DNA of 64,000 nucleotides, taken from the IMG/VR virus record IMGVR_UViG_3300037418_000840. One strand, 5' to 3'. Source of the DNA: a virus. Taxonomy: Duplodnaviria; Caudoviricetes. The notes beneath the pieces are model-generated. The model searched no databases. It was not told the origin of the DNA and saw only the letters and a list, made by a program, of their open reading frames with translations. The position numbers were made by a program, and so were the translations under genes. The first letter of the stretch is position 1; each line of letters starts with the position of its first letter. Below are positions 30,259 to 39,534 of the stretch, one piece after another.

Positions 30259-30618
30259 ATGGCAAGCGCACGGAACATGCCCAATCCTTTGATCGACCCA
30301 GTGAAACCGCAGAACACGCGTGAACTACGCGAGCAGGTGGCGCGCGCCGCCCGCCTCGACGAAGCAGTTGCTGCATCGTCAGGCGCTGGCTATGCCGTGA
30401 TCAACACGCAGCCGACAGGACCCGACGTGATTCCGGAACCGACGGTGAAGAACATCTCAATCAGTCCCGGACAGAAGTTGGCGCTCCCCTTCGATGAAGT
30501 GACGCCGCCTCAAGTTAGTGCTTCGTCGTGGTCGATCGATGGTCAGCGCGAGCATCAGTCAGCCAGCGCTGAGTTCAATCCAAGCGATGCGAATTCGTTC
30601 TATGGCCTGAAGGGCTAG
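30259..30618 (+). CDS. hypothetical protein
   Basis: GGAGG RBS, GTAAATA upstream. Confidence 0.65.
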   Translation: MASARNMPNPLIDPVKPQNTRELREQVARAARLDEAVAASSGAGYAVINTQPTGPDVIPEPTVKNISISPGQKLALPFDEVTPPQVSASSWSIDGQREHQSASAEFNPSDANSFYGLKG

Positions 30619-30626
30619 TCAAGGAG

Positions 30627-30905
30627 TTGACCATGAGTAAGAGCAGCAAGAACAAACGTGCTTCGTTGAAGACCGCCGAAGTCAAAGACGACACGAAAGA
30701 AATCGACGTGATGGCCATCGTCGAAGAACAGCAACGTCGCAGCGATCTCCAGCGACGTGGGCTCTCCAGCCAAGGACAACCGGACAACGGAGCGCCGGTG
30801 GTCAGCAATGGCGAACGCGAAGCGCTGGCAACACAAAACAGTCAGCGCGGATACTACAACCTCCCGGAAGATATGCTTCCCAACTCCAGCAAGGACGAAG
30901 ACTAA
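30627..30905 (+). CDS. hypothetical protein
   Basis: AAGGAG RBS. Confidence 0.6.
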   Translation: MTMSKSSKNKRASLKTAEVKDDTKEIDVMAIVEEQQRRSDLQRRGLSSQGQPDNGAPVVSNGEREALATQNSQRGYYNLPEDMLPNSSKDED

Positions 30906-31942
30906 TGGACGACCTGAACGAAGTCAAGAAACAGATGGCTACCCTTCAATCTCAAATCGATCGCATGACGAACGCGAAGCGCAGCGACGAGGCAGCGACT
31001 GCAGCGCCTGCGGTCAAGGCCCACCGCATTATCCACGTGCGAGTCGCCGGCAGTCCCACGATCGACGTGTTGAAACAGGTGGCTGACATCTTCAATCGTG
31101 CGATCGCTTCCAACACCGACGTGGTGGTCCCCACCAACCTCCAAGTCGATGCTCGAGTCCTGGCCGTCGATCCTCAGAATCCGATTCAAGGACTTGTCGT
31201 CAAAGCCGTGGCCGACATCGGATCGGTCATCGGTGCGGCCTACGCAGCTTATGCCGCACTTCCGCCCAAGAAGGCATTGTCGTGGACCGAACTCCCGGCT
31301 CGTCATCAAGAAGCGTTCGCCGAGGACGTGCTCAACTACCTGAGCTTCAACGACGTGAGTCCGGCTTGGGAAGATCGTGCTTCGGTCACAACGGCAGTCA
31401 TCGATGCATTGCGTCCCTTGTTGCCCGAAGCTGATCCGCACCCCATGCCTGTCGACGTGGCACTGGCCGAAGTCGTTTCGGGTGGCGAAACGTTCATGCA
31501 GTGGGAGACGCGTGATCTGCGTGAGCTCAAGGTCAACGACATCTTCCGTGCAACTGGATCGACCGAGCCGGTGTACATCGTACGTCGTGCGCCCTACACA
31601 AACTATGTGGCAGCCGAAGGGGCAGTCACGTCGGTCAAGGCCGATCCTCTGGACGAGACGCAGTGGCCGCGTCATCCGGATCTGCCGCCCGAAGACCGGG
31701 TGGACGCAGCCGAAGTCAAGAGCGCGGCGAACGAGCCGTCGGCCGAGGAACTACATGCGGCTGGCGTTGCTCGTGCCGAAGCAGAAGGCGATGCAGAGGT
31801 AGATCATCCGGAGACCGAAGTCGTGTGCTACACAAATCCGGCCGATGACAGCCGTCCTGTGTCTATTCTTGACGGCGATCGTTCGAGCGTCGGATTGGAC
31901 ACTGGTCATCCGCACGATCAGCGTGGCTGGCAACCCGACTGA
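30905..31942 (+). CDS. hypothetical protein
   Basis: 345-aa ORF, TAATG coupling. Confidence 0.7.
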   Translation: MDDLNEVKKQMATLQSQIDRMTNAKRSDEAATAAPAVKAHRIIHVRVAGSPTIDVLKQVADIFNRAIASNTDVVVPTNLQVDARVLAVDPQNPIQGLVVKAVADIGSVIGAAYAAYAALPPKKALSWTELPARHQEAFAEDVLNYLSFNDVSPAWEDRASVTTAVIDALRPLLPEADPHPMPVDVALAEVVSGGETFMQWETRDLRELKVNDIFRATGSTEPVYIVRRAPYTNYVAAEGAVTSVKADPLDETQWPRHPDLPPEDRVDAAEVKSAANEPSAEELHAAGVARAEAEGDAEVDHPETEVVCYTNPADDSRPVSILDGDRSSVGLDTGHPHDQRGWQPD

Positions 31943-32295
31943 TGTATATCAAGCCTGATTGGGTTAACGGAGGGTTCGAAGGCGCTGGATCAATTCTACT
32001 TTGGTTCAACGTGCGGACCCTCTATCAGGCGAAGAAGGTCGAAGGCGTTCATTGGGGTGCCTCGGCCTTTTTCACATTGTGGGGAATATGGAACCTCTAC
32101 TATTTCCCCTCGCTAGGTCAGTGGTGCTCGTTCGCTGGCGGCTGCTCGATAGCCGCTGCGAATGCGACATGGGTAACGCTGGCCCTCTACTATGGGAAAC
32201 GAAATCGTGACGTCAAAGATAATCAACACCGAGGAAGGACCGTGGGTCGAGCCGAAGCCGGTTCCCCATACGAACGGCATAGTCAGAGCTCCTGA
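31942..32295 (+). CDS. small 3-TM protein, PQ-loop/SemiSWEET-like
   Basis: KKVEGVHW..SAFFTLWGIWNLYYF..LGQW.SF pattern. Confidence 0.5.
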   Translation: MYIKPDWVNGGFEGAGSILLWFNVRTLYQAKKVEGVHWGASAFFTLWGIWNLYYFPSLGQWCSFAGGCSIAAANATWVTLALYYGKRNRDVKDNQHRGRTVGRAEAGSPYERHSQSS

Positions 32296-33070
32296 ATGTG
32301 AGCGAGAATGCCAATATGCTAAGGACGTGGACTGCACGGCCTATGCCTGTGCCCCGACTTGCGAATATCTGTTGAGGCGTGAGCCGCTCGAACGCGATCT
32401 TGTCTTGGACCTGGGCATCACTGGTTCGAATGCGAATCCGTGGTCTTCTGCCGAAGTGGCGGCCAAGCACTATGGGCCGAAGACTTTTCCCGACGTGTTC
32501 GACATCTCATTTGAACCCGACGGCAGTGTCGCCACCAAGTCTGCGTTCGACCGCCTGTACGACAGCATCAAAGAATCGATGGCGATCCCTAAGTCAATGC
32601 TTTTTGAACCCACTCCTGAGTTTGGATCTTCGACCCACTCGGTGATCAATGGCTACTTGAAGGGCTTGTCCGAACGTCGGGTCATCGGCAAGACCTGGGA
32701 CACAAAGTTTGCTGGTCGTTGGCGTTGTGTCGACATCACGGTCGACAAGCGCACTCGCACCTTGATCAAGAATGAGAACCGGATCGACGAAGTTGGTGTT
32801 CGTGTGACCCAGATCCATAACTTCTGGTGGCATGGCCGCTATCGTCGGATCACCAAGAAGATGCCGGCCCGAATGTTCAAGCGCGCAATCGCCAGTGCCC
32901 GCCAAGAGATCGGCCACGTAGTGGACGACTGGGACCTAACGGTCCAGCCTGTGGAACCCGTTCGTTACTTTGCTCTTTCATTGTTTATAGACCGCGATGG
33001 ACACGTCGATTATCGCGCGGCGTCTGAACTACAGCCACCAGACGACCGCACTGCTGGACCGAGCGCTTGA
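32192..33070 (+). CDS. hypothetical protein
   Basis: 292-aa ORF; start uncertain. Confidence 0.55.
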   Translation: MGNEIVTSKIINTEEGPWVEPKPVPHTNGIVRAPECERECQYAKDVDCTAYACAPTCEYLLRREPLERDLVLDLGITGSNANPWSSAEVAAKHYGPKTFPDVFDISFEPDGSVATKSAFDRLYDSIKESMAIPKSMLFEPTPEFGSSTHSVINGYLKGLSERRVIGKTWDTKFAGRWRCVDITVDKRTRTLIKNENRIDEVGVRVTQIHNFWWHGRYRRITKKMPARMFKRAIASARQEIGHVVDDWDLTVQPVEPVRYFALSLFIDRDGHVDYRAASELQPPDDRTAGPSA

Positions 33071-33117
33071 CAAGGCTGCCCATATTGCACGACTCTGTAT
33101 CCCACCGGAGATCTATA

Positions 33118-33852
33118 ATGACCAACAACGTAAATCGTGTAACCGAAGCCCTGATGACCAACATCGTTCGAGGCCAGTACAAGGACGGACTCCCTTCGCA
33201 GGAAGTCTTGGCCCTTGATTTCAACGTGAGTCGCACCGTGTTGCGTGAGGCTGTGTCACGTCTTGAATACAACGGAATCCTCGTAGTCCAGCCGAAGATC
33301 GGCACTCGTGTTCGTCCCATCGAACAATGGCAATTGATGAACACCGAGCTCTTGTCCTATGTGTTCGACCGGAAGGACATCGCTCATCGAGTCGTTTATG
33401 AGGCACTCATCGCTTGGCTTTACATTGGACCCGTGGCTGCATCTTTGGCGGCCTGTCACGGCAAACTGCCGGTGGCCCTGACCGTGCCTCATGTCACACA
33501 GGCATCGGCACACACGGCGGACTCACTAGTCGAACCCCTTCTCGACTTCCATCGCACGATCTTCAGTGCGACGAACAACATGTTCGTCAGCACTTTTGTT
33601 GGAGTCGTGGACTTGGTGATCCAGAAGCTGGTCCCCCTTCTCGACAGTGAGGACCGGCTGAACTTGTTGGACTGCCATCTTGTCCTGTCGTTGCTGCTCA
33701 GCAGTCAGTCTGAACCTTTGACCATGAACGACCTCAAGTCGGTGTACACGGATATCGTACACATATTGCGACGCGCAATGACGGACACTGCGTTCCCAAT
33801 GTCAACGCCAACTCCAGTGTCGACACCGGCTGAGCTTCATCATGACTGCTGA
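33118..33852 (+). CDS. GntR/FadR-family transcriptional regulator (DgoR-like)
   Basis: LPSQEVLALDFNVSRTVLREAVSRLEYNGILVVQPKIGTRV wHTH, then W..L...L linker and FCD-like domain. Confidence 0.85.
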   Translation: MTNNVNRVTEALMTNIVRGQYKDGLPSQEVLALDFNVSRTVLREAVSRLEYNGILVVQPKIGTRVRPIEQWQLMNTELLSYVFDRKDIAHRVVYEALIAWLYIGPVAASLAACHGKLPVALTVPHVTQASAHTADSLVEPLLDFHRTIFSATNNMFVSTFVGVVDLVIQKLVPLLDSEDRLNLLDCHLVLSLLLSSQSEPLTMNDLKSVYTDIVHILRRAMTDTAFPMSTPTPVSTPAELHHDC

Positions 33853-34072
33853 CGTAATCAATCTGAGCACCAAGCAGCCGCCCGTCCGCTACTCAGTACA
33901 CGTAGAGCACTACTACGATGGAAGCATGACCTTGTGCTTCGAAGGCATAAGTGAAGTGCCAACGCTGCGTGACAAGGAGTCACTGTTGACCGCACTGAAA
34001 GAGGCGGTGGCTATTGTCGAGAACGAAATCGCAAGACATAAGGAACAGGAAGATGGACAACGAAGTACGTGA
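33842..34072 (+). CDS. hypothetical protein
   Basis: packed ORF. Confidence 0.55.
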   Translation: MTADVINLSTKQPPVRYSVHVEHYYDGSMTLCFEGISEVPTLRDKESLLTALKEAVAIVENEIARHKEQEDGQRST

Positions 34073-34568
34073 CGAACTGATCGACCTCATGAACGATGCG
34101 AGTCGTTGGCCTAAGTCAGAGGTCGAAGCATTGACCTATCTGCTGCTTCTTCAATGGATCGAACGCGACTTCTACGCAGTGGAGCGGCCGAAGCCTAAGA
34201 TAACCGAGCGGAAGCTCTATCTAGGGCGACTGCGCAACCGTGTCGAAGCCGTTCGCCTCGAAGTGGTCAGGCGACATCCGCAGTTCGAATCGCCGAAGGA
34301 CTACACGTTGATGCTCAAGACCTGGAAAGACGTGCAGACGATTGCGGCTTCCGTAGTCCCCGGATCGAACGGCATTCACTCAGATGTAGCGCCGCCCATA
34401 CTGGCCGACGCGGTTACCGAACTGCTCGCCAATCACATGAACTTCAGTCGTGGCTACCCTGCTCTCTCGTGGGTAAAGAACGCGGCGCTGCTCAACATCA
34501 ACACCGTTGTCGCACCAAATCCTTCGGAGCCTCAAGATGGCCAAGACGAAGAAGACCCACACGCGTAA
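34053..34568 (+). CDS. hypothetical protein
   Basis: start MDNEVR. Confidence 0.6.
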   Translation: MDNEVRDELIDLMNDASRWPKSEVEALTYLLLLQWIERDFYAVERPKPKITERKLYLGRLRNRVEAVRLEVVRRHPQFESPKDYTLMLKTWKDVQTIAASVVPGSNGIHSDVAPPILADAVTELLANHMNFSRGYPALSWVKNAALLNINTVVAPNPSEPQDGQDEEDPHA

Positions 34569-35319
34569 CAAAGTTCAAGCCGGCCAGAAGCCCGATCCGA
34601 AAGACGGCAATGCCAAGGCTCGATACATCATGCACTACCGCATGAGCATCATGGCAGTGTTCCGGGCTATTCGTGAAGGACGCGTGTCCGAAGAAGAGCT
34701 CGATCGATTGCAGAATTTCTGTCAGTTCTCCCTCAACGCAATGCAGCGTTTGCCTATGACTGACATCCAAGGTGCTTGGCGTGATACCGAGATCTTCGGC
34801 CATATCCATGATGAAGAAGGTGCGACGTTCGTCGATCATCAGATCATCTTGGATCCAGCCAAGCAAGGACAGTCGGTGACCGCTGTCCAGTCGGAGACCA
34901 CGGCCAGCACCCCGTCTCAGCTACCGGGCCGCATCCGTGATTCGATCGACAAGTGGATCGATGAGGAATTCACTGCATACGAAAAGCTCGATGAAGTGGA
35001 GAAGGCGATGGTCCGCAACGCGGCGACTATGGCGTCTGGCCTTCAGGGTGACGTGACTCCCGATCAAATACTGGCGGGCAACACGCACAATACGACGGAG
35101 CTCTCTTTACTGCACGCTGATCTTGTGCAGACAATGCCTGCGGCCAGCACTCGTTTCACTGATGACCAGATGGAGTACAAACTATTCGGCTTCCTCTGGC
35201 ACGGTCGTAAGATTATTCTGTGCGATGACGGGATCGGTGTGTTCGTCAGTCGTTCAACAGCCCGCGAAGTGTATCGCACATACGGGCCAGCGCAATCAGC
35301 GACTGTGGTCGGTGCGTAA
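34537..35319 (+). CDS. hypothetical protein
   Basis: start MAKTKK. Confidence 0.65.
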   Translation: MAKTKKTHTRNKVQAGQKPDPKDGNAKARYIMHYRMSIMAVFRAIREGRVSEEELDRLQNFCQFSLNAMQRLPMTDIQGAWRDTEIFGHIHDEEGATFVDHQIILDPAKQGQSVTAVQSETTASTPSQLPGRIRDSIDKWIDEEFTAYEKLDEVEKAMVRNAATMASGLQGDVTPDQILAGNTHNTTELSLLHADLVQTMPAASTRFTDDQMEYKLFGFLWHGRKIILCDDGIGVFVSRSTAREVYRTYGPAQSATVVGA

Positions 35320-35322
35320 ATA
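35316..35322 (+). promoter_or_regulatory. GTAAATA late-type promoter ahead of ncRNAs
   Basis: recurrent motif placed a few nt before a structured RNA. Confidence 0.6.
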
Positions 35323-35324
35323 GG

Positions 35325-35441
35325 TAGGTCGAGATAGACAGTGATCGGTCCTTTCAACTAGCAGTACGTTAAAGCAACGAATCGGGTCGCAACTCACACG
35401 CCGGGTGAGATCTGGTTTTATCCCAGATCACTGCTTGACTA
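35325..35441 (+). ncRNA. Y-RNA-like structured RNA
   Basis: GTCGAG-(ATAGA bulge)-CAGTGATC pairs with GATCACTG-CTTGAC; internal hairpins. Confidence 0.5.
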
Positions 35442-35442
35442 A

Positions 35443-35519
35443 GATGGGGATAGTAGATCGGAGTAGACGCTCGCGCAACGCCTAGCACGAGAGAGGGGGT
35501 TCGACTCCCCACCCCATCC
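35443..35519 (+). ncRNA. tRNA-like RNA, aberrant D/anticodon arms, no CCA
   Basis: GATGGGG/CCCCATC acceptor, GGGGG-TTCGACT-CCCC T arm. Confidence 0.55.
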
Positions 35520-35539
35520 GATTAACCTAAGAGGTTCCT

Positions 35540-35854
35540 ATGAACATAAGTGAAGCATTTGTTGATGCCGATGCGTATCATGAAATCGGCAAGGCTATGG
35601 CAGCCTTTATTATGGAATCCGCACAGCGTCCGGGGTTCATGCGCACGTTGGAATTCCATCGAACCAATCACACGGTCGAGGAATTCACCAAGCAAGAACA
35701 GATCCAGGTCGATCGTATCAAACGGAAGCACCGTCACCTGACGTTGGTCGACGATCGCTACTTGGTACGCGCTCTCCGCCGCCAAGCCTATGCTGGTCCC
35801 AAGAGCACACGCCGTCGATACACCGCAGACCTCCGTCCGTACACTTCGGACTAA
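35540..35854 (+). CDS. hypothetical protein
   Basis: GAGG RBS. Confidence 0.6.
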   Translation: MNISEAFVDADAYHEIGKAMAAFIMESAQRPGFMRTLEFHRTNHTVEEFTKQEQIQVDRIKRKHRHLTLVDDRYLVRALRRQAYAGPKSTRRRYTADLRPYTSD

Positions 35855-35870
35855 CCAACAGTTCACTGCC

Positions 35871-36287
35871 ATGATCCCTGTCGATCAGGAGTTCATCCAT
35901 CGGCCAGATGAAGGACAGCACGGAGATTGCTTCCGTGCTGTCCTTGCGTCGCTTATGGAGCTCCCTCTTCAAGATGTTCCCCACTTTTTGCACGACGGCT
36001 GCTCGTCCGACACGTTTCATCGCCGGATCAACGCCTTTCTCGACCAGTTCAACATGACGCTCCTGGTGTTCGACGCGTCGACGTTCAACATTAGTGCGTG
36101 GATTGACCAGTCCGGAGTCCGTGATCTGTGGCACGAAGTGTCCGGCATGACCGAACGCGGGGTTCTTCATTCATGTGTGGGCCACAATGGTCACGTGGTC
36201 CACGATCCGCATCCTAGCAAGGCTGGTCTGATCGACGTCCAGTACTACAGCCTGCTCGTATCCATCAACCCTAAAGTTCAACGGTGA
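35871..36287 (+). CDS. hypothetical protein
   Basis: GDCFRAVLASL...HSCV pattern; possibly a papain-like fold. Confidence 0.6.
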   Translation: MIPVDQEFIHRPDEGQHGDCFRAVLASLMELPLQDVPHFLHDGCSSDTFHRRINAFLDQFNMTLLVFDASTFNISAWIDQSGVRDLWHEVSGMTERGVLHSCVGHNGHVVHDPHPSKAGLIDVQYYSLLVSINPKVQR

Positions 36288-37252
36288 CTCTCATGTTCAA
36301 TGTACTTGGCTTGGACAGCATCCATATGAATTCGGCAATGATTGGCCATCAAATATCGCTGGTCCATAACATGGAAGAAGCGAAGCCCGGCACCTTTGTC
36401 TATACGTTCATTGCCATTATGAGCGCTGGACGCTTCGGCCTCGATGGTGTGGCCGCCATCTCACATGGAGCGTCTCCCGAATTGGCGATCCATAATGTCA
36501 TCGACTACTACAAGCTGAAGAACAACAAAGAAGCACTGCTTCCGAAAGAGCTTCACGAGCTCGAAGAACACGAAGTCCAGTCCAAAGAGGCGCAGCGCCT
36601 CTTGACGTCCACGGCTCTTCCGTGGGAGACAGCCGGTACACCAAGCGCACGCCTACACTATCTGTTCGACGAGCTCGATCAACGGTTCCCTAACGCAGTT
36701 AGTCCGGTCAGCAGCGAGCCACCCGAGCCAAAGTATTTGGCGGCTATCGACAAACTCATGAAGACAGTCGACATGCTGACTGACGTGTCGGAGCAGTCTG
36801 ACGCAGATGACCTGAATACCTTTGGTCCGTGGATCGACCACGTGACTGACACTACAGCGGACGAGCCACGAGACTTGCAGACAGTCATGGGCCGTGCTCT
36901 AGAAGAGATGGTCGAAGGCTGTCTTTCGGCGGGCCTTACCTATGGAAAGATCATGGGACACGTGGCTGACGCGTGGCACAACCAATGTCTCAAGGAAAGT
37001 CGAAAGGCTGATCGCACTGTCTGGCCGTCGCAACTCCAGGACACGAGCGGATCCATCGACGAACTGGCGGGTGAGCTCGCTGACATACGACTGACCTTGG
37101 TTGACGTCATGTGGCTGGCTCGCGTCTCCGAAGCTAGGGTCCAGGCGTTGATGCATAAGAAGTATGCCAAACTCAAGGACGCGTGGTCCAACGGTCGACT
37201 CCGTATCACCGAGAGCAAGACCTTCTATCTTGTGAAGGACCACGTGAAATGA
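36284..37252 (+). CDS. protein with C-terminal MazG-like (all-alpha NTP pyrophosphatase) domain
   Basis: RALEEMVE...GELADIRLTLVDV. Confidence 0.6.
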   Translation: MTLMFNVLGLDSIHMNSAMIGHQISLVHNMEEAKPGTFVYTFIAIMSAGRFGLDGVAAISHGASPELAIHNVIDYYKLKNNKEALLPKELHELEEHEVQSKEAQRLLTSTALPWETAGTPSARLHYLFDELDQRFPNAVSPVSSEPPEPKYLAAIDKLMKTVDMLTDVSEQSDADDLNTFGPWIDHVTDTTADEPRDLQTVMGRALEEMVEGCLSAGLTYGKIMGHVADAWHNQCLKESRKADRTVWPSQLQDTSGSIDELAGELADIRLTLVDVMWLARVSEARVQALMHKKYAKLKDAWSNGRLRITESKTFYLVKDHVK

Positions 37253-37629
37253 ACGCCCCCACGTATTACATGCCCGTCCAGGTTGGTGACTACTACAAGT
37301 TGACGATCAACCGTTCGTTGAATCAACTGCGATGGGCATTCGACGGCCAATCAAGTAAGGGCTTAGACTACGTGGTTATCCGGGATGATCAACTGAAGTT
37401 CAGTCTTCGTTGGATGCATCCTGATGTCGACCACGTTCGGTGTACGGCCCTTGCCACGTTCGATAGTCCTTGGTCCGGTGCGTTCAACGATTACTGTCGA
37501 TTGTGTGTCGCTCGGTTCACAGTCGACGTCGAAGGACGCGAGCTCAAGCCATCAATTGTCTTCCTGGGACAGACATTCGTACCAGTTGCCAAGGTGCCCC
37601 TCACCTTAATCAAGGACATGTTCAAATGA
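37249..37629 (+). CDS. hypothetical protein
   Basis: ATGA coupling. Confidence 0.55.
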   Translation: MNAPTYYMPVQVGDYYKLTINRSLNQLRWAFDGQSSKGLDYVVIRDDQLKFSLRWMHPDVDHVRCTALATFDSPWSGAFNDYCRLCVARFTVDVEGRELKPSIVFLGQTFVPVAKVPLTLIKDMFK

Positions 37630-38606
37630 AACCCGTGTTTGCCGTACAGGTCACCAATCGTGATGACGAAGATCTTCATCAGACAGTGCGGGCCATCACC
37701 GGCGCTGGCTATGAATGGATCAACTTCGGAGTCGTTCCCTTCGAAGACTCGGTGACCAACGTCGAGGAGTTCCCAGCTGATCGTCCGGTGATCGTGTTAG
37801 GTGGGACGTTGGCACTTCGTCTTTATCAAGAGAACAAGTTGCCTCCGAACTGGTATATGTTCTATAGCTACTGGCTGTTCGATCAGCACTCGACCCAGCT
37901 GTCGCCGCTGAAGACCTACATGGTCAACGAAGATCCAGAGTTCTACACGTTCGATGACGTGCGTGACCGGGTTTTCAAGCACGACGTGTTTATCAAGCCG
38001 TCGTCAGACATGAAGGCTTTCGCAGGCACTCTGGTGTCGAAGGGTACGACACTCGAAGATCATCTTAAGACAGTGAATCACGCGCTGATCAAGCCCCATG
38101 AAATCATTATGGTGGCGTCGCCCATCCAACTCGGCTACGAATATCGTGTGTTCATTGTCAACAATAAGATCGTGGACTGTTCACAATATCGTAGTCCGCG
38201 TGGAGTCGAACATCGAGCAGTTGGGGTCGATACCGCAGTCAAGCTCAGCGAGTTCTTTGATGAGGTGAAGTCCTACATCGAGAGCACACCGCTGACCGGC
38301 ACCTACTGCATGGACGTGGCCGAGACCAAGAACGGCTATCGCATCGTCGAATTCAACTGCTTCAACTGCTGTGGCATGTACAGAGCCGATCGCGTGCTTG
38401 TCCTGAGTGAATTGGGGGGCCGTAGTCGAGGCAACGAAATGGGACTGACGTCGTACACCAAAAAGATGGTGGCCCATATAACGCTCTTCTCGATCTTGAC
38501 CATCATTGCCAAGTTTGACTCGACGCTGGCCCTCATCATTGCCTGTGTCTGGTTCTGCCCTTCTCCCAAAGCTGAAGAGACCAACAATGCCAAACGTAAA
38601 GAGTGA
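37626..38606 (+). CDS. ATP-grasp protein (R2K/DUF4343-like)
   Basis: VFIKPS..MKAFAG, EYRVFIV, MDVA...IVEFNCFN. Confidence 0.75.
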   Translation: MKPVFAVQVTNRDDEDLHQTVRAITGAGYEWINFGVVPFEDSVTNVEEFPADRPVIVLGGTLALRLYQENKLPPNWYMFYSYWLFDQHSTQLSPLKTYMVNEDPEFYTFDDVRDRVFKHDVFIKPSSDMKAFAGTLVSKGTTLEDHLKTVNHALIKPHEIIMVASPIQLGYEYRVFIVNNKIVDCSQYRSPRGVEHRAVGVDTAVKLSEFFDEVKSYIESTPLTGTYCMDVAETKNGYRIVEFNCFNCCGMYRADRVLVLSELGGRSRGNEMGLTSYTKKMVAHITLFSILTIIAKFDSTLALIIACVWFCPSPKAEETNNAKRKE

Positions 38607-39138
38607 AGTTCGCCGCGCTATCAACCTTCTCAAGAAGTCTGCGCATCTGACTTCCGATGATCTCTCGGAAGAGGCACGATACAACGCCACGATGGACTCG
38701 TCCTGGAATGGCAACCATTCAGCTACTAGCAATGCTATAGCCGCCTTGCGTAAGTCGATGGTCAACGATGCGCAACAGATTCTGCGCACGGTCCACGCTG
38801 TACTACCTGATGACCTCGAGCTCGATCCGCCAGTGCCTCAGACGTTCGCCAATCAATGGGCGGCCTACGTCAAGCTGGCGAAGAAGCCACACAGCGATTA
38901 CGTGGTCAAGTCACTCGACGAATTCCGTCTCGTGTTCTTGAAGCCGACGGACTACGATGCGTTTGCCATCGACACGAAGTTCCGCGAACGACTGCGTCAA
39001 CCCTCGGTCATCGATCAGGCCAAAGGTTTCATGGGGGTCTACACAGGCCCGGACCGTGAAGATACCGAGATCTACGTCGATGTCGGCGCATCCCCCACTT
39101 TGACGCACAGTGTTGGTATCTTGAAGGACAAGGAGTGA
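38587..39138 (+). CDS. hypothetical protein
   Basis: packed ORF. Confidence 0.6.
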   Translation: MPNVKSEVRRAINLLKKSAHLTSDDLSEEARYNATMDSSWNGNHSATSNAIAALRKSMVNDAQQILRTVHAVLPDDLELDPPVPQTFANQWAAYVKLAKKPHSDYVVKSLDEFRLVFLKPTDYDAFAIDTKFRERLRQPSVIDQAKGFMGVYTGPDREDTEIYVDVGASPTLTHSVGILKDKE

Positions 39139-39231
39139 TCATGAACTACTTAGATCAACATCATCCGGTGTTCATGCCGCGCGTTCAGGCAGTTGGACCT
39201 CCGTCCAACGGCGTGCGGCGGAGCACCGACT

Positions 39232-39534
39232 ATGGAACGCTTCAATCGTGCAGTTCGTCGTCATCATGTAGCACGTCTTAAGCACAAGCGTCGCAACTAT
39301 TGGGGGTGGGACCGTAGGCAGAGCACCCCGTTTGATCAAGTCCCACAAGCACCTGAGCCGATGCCGGTCGCACTTCTCGGCAAGATCGTGGCCACGCCTC
39401 AAATGTGCTCGTGTCTCGGTTGCGGAAATCAACGTCACAACACGGCTGGCTGGACACCGACGGTGCAAGAGCGCCGCTGGCTTGACCAGTATCGTGAACA
39501 ACTTGAAGAGGTAGAAGAAGATGCGAAATCTTGA
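39232..39534 (+). CDS. small basic Cys-containing phage protein
   Basis: RRHH..RLKHKR..YWG...TP..CSC..CGN. Confidence 0.6.
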   Translation: MERFNRAVRRHHVARLKHKRRNYWGWDRRQSTPFDQVPQAPEPMPVALLGKIVATPQMCSCLGCGNQRHNTAGWTPTVQERRWLDQYREQLEEVEEDAKS

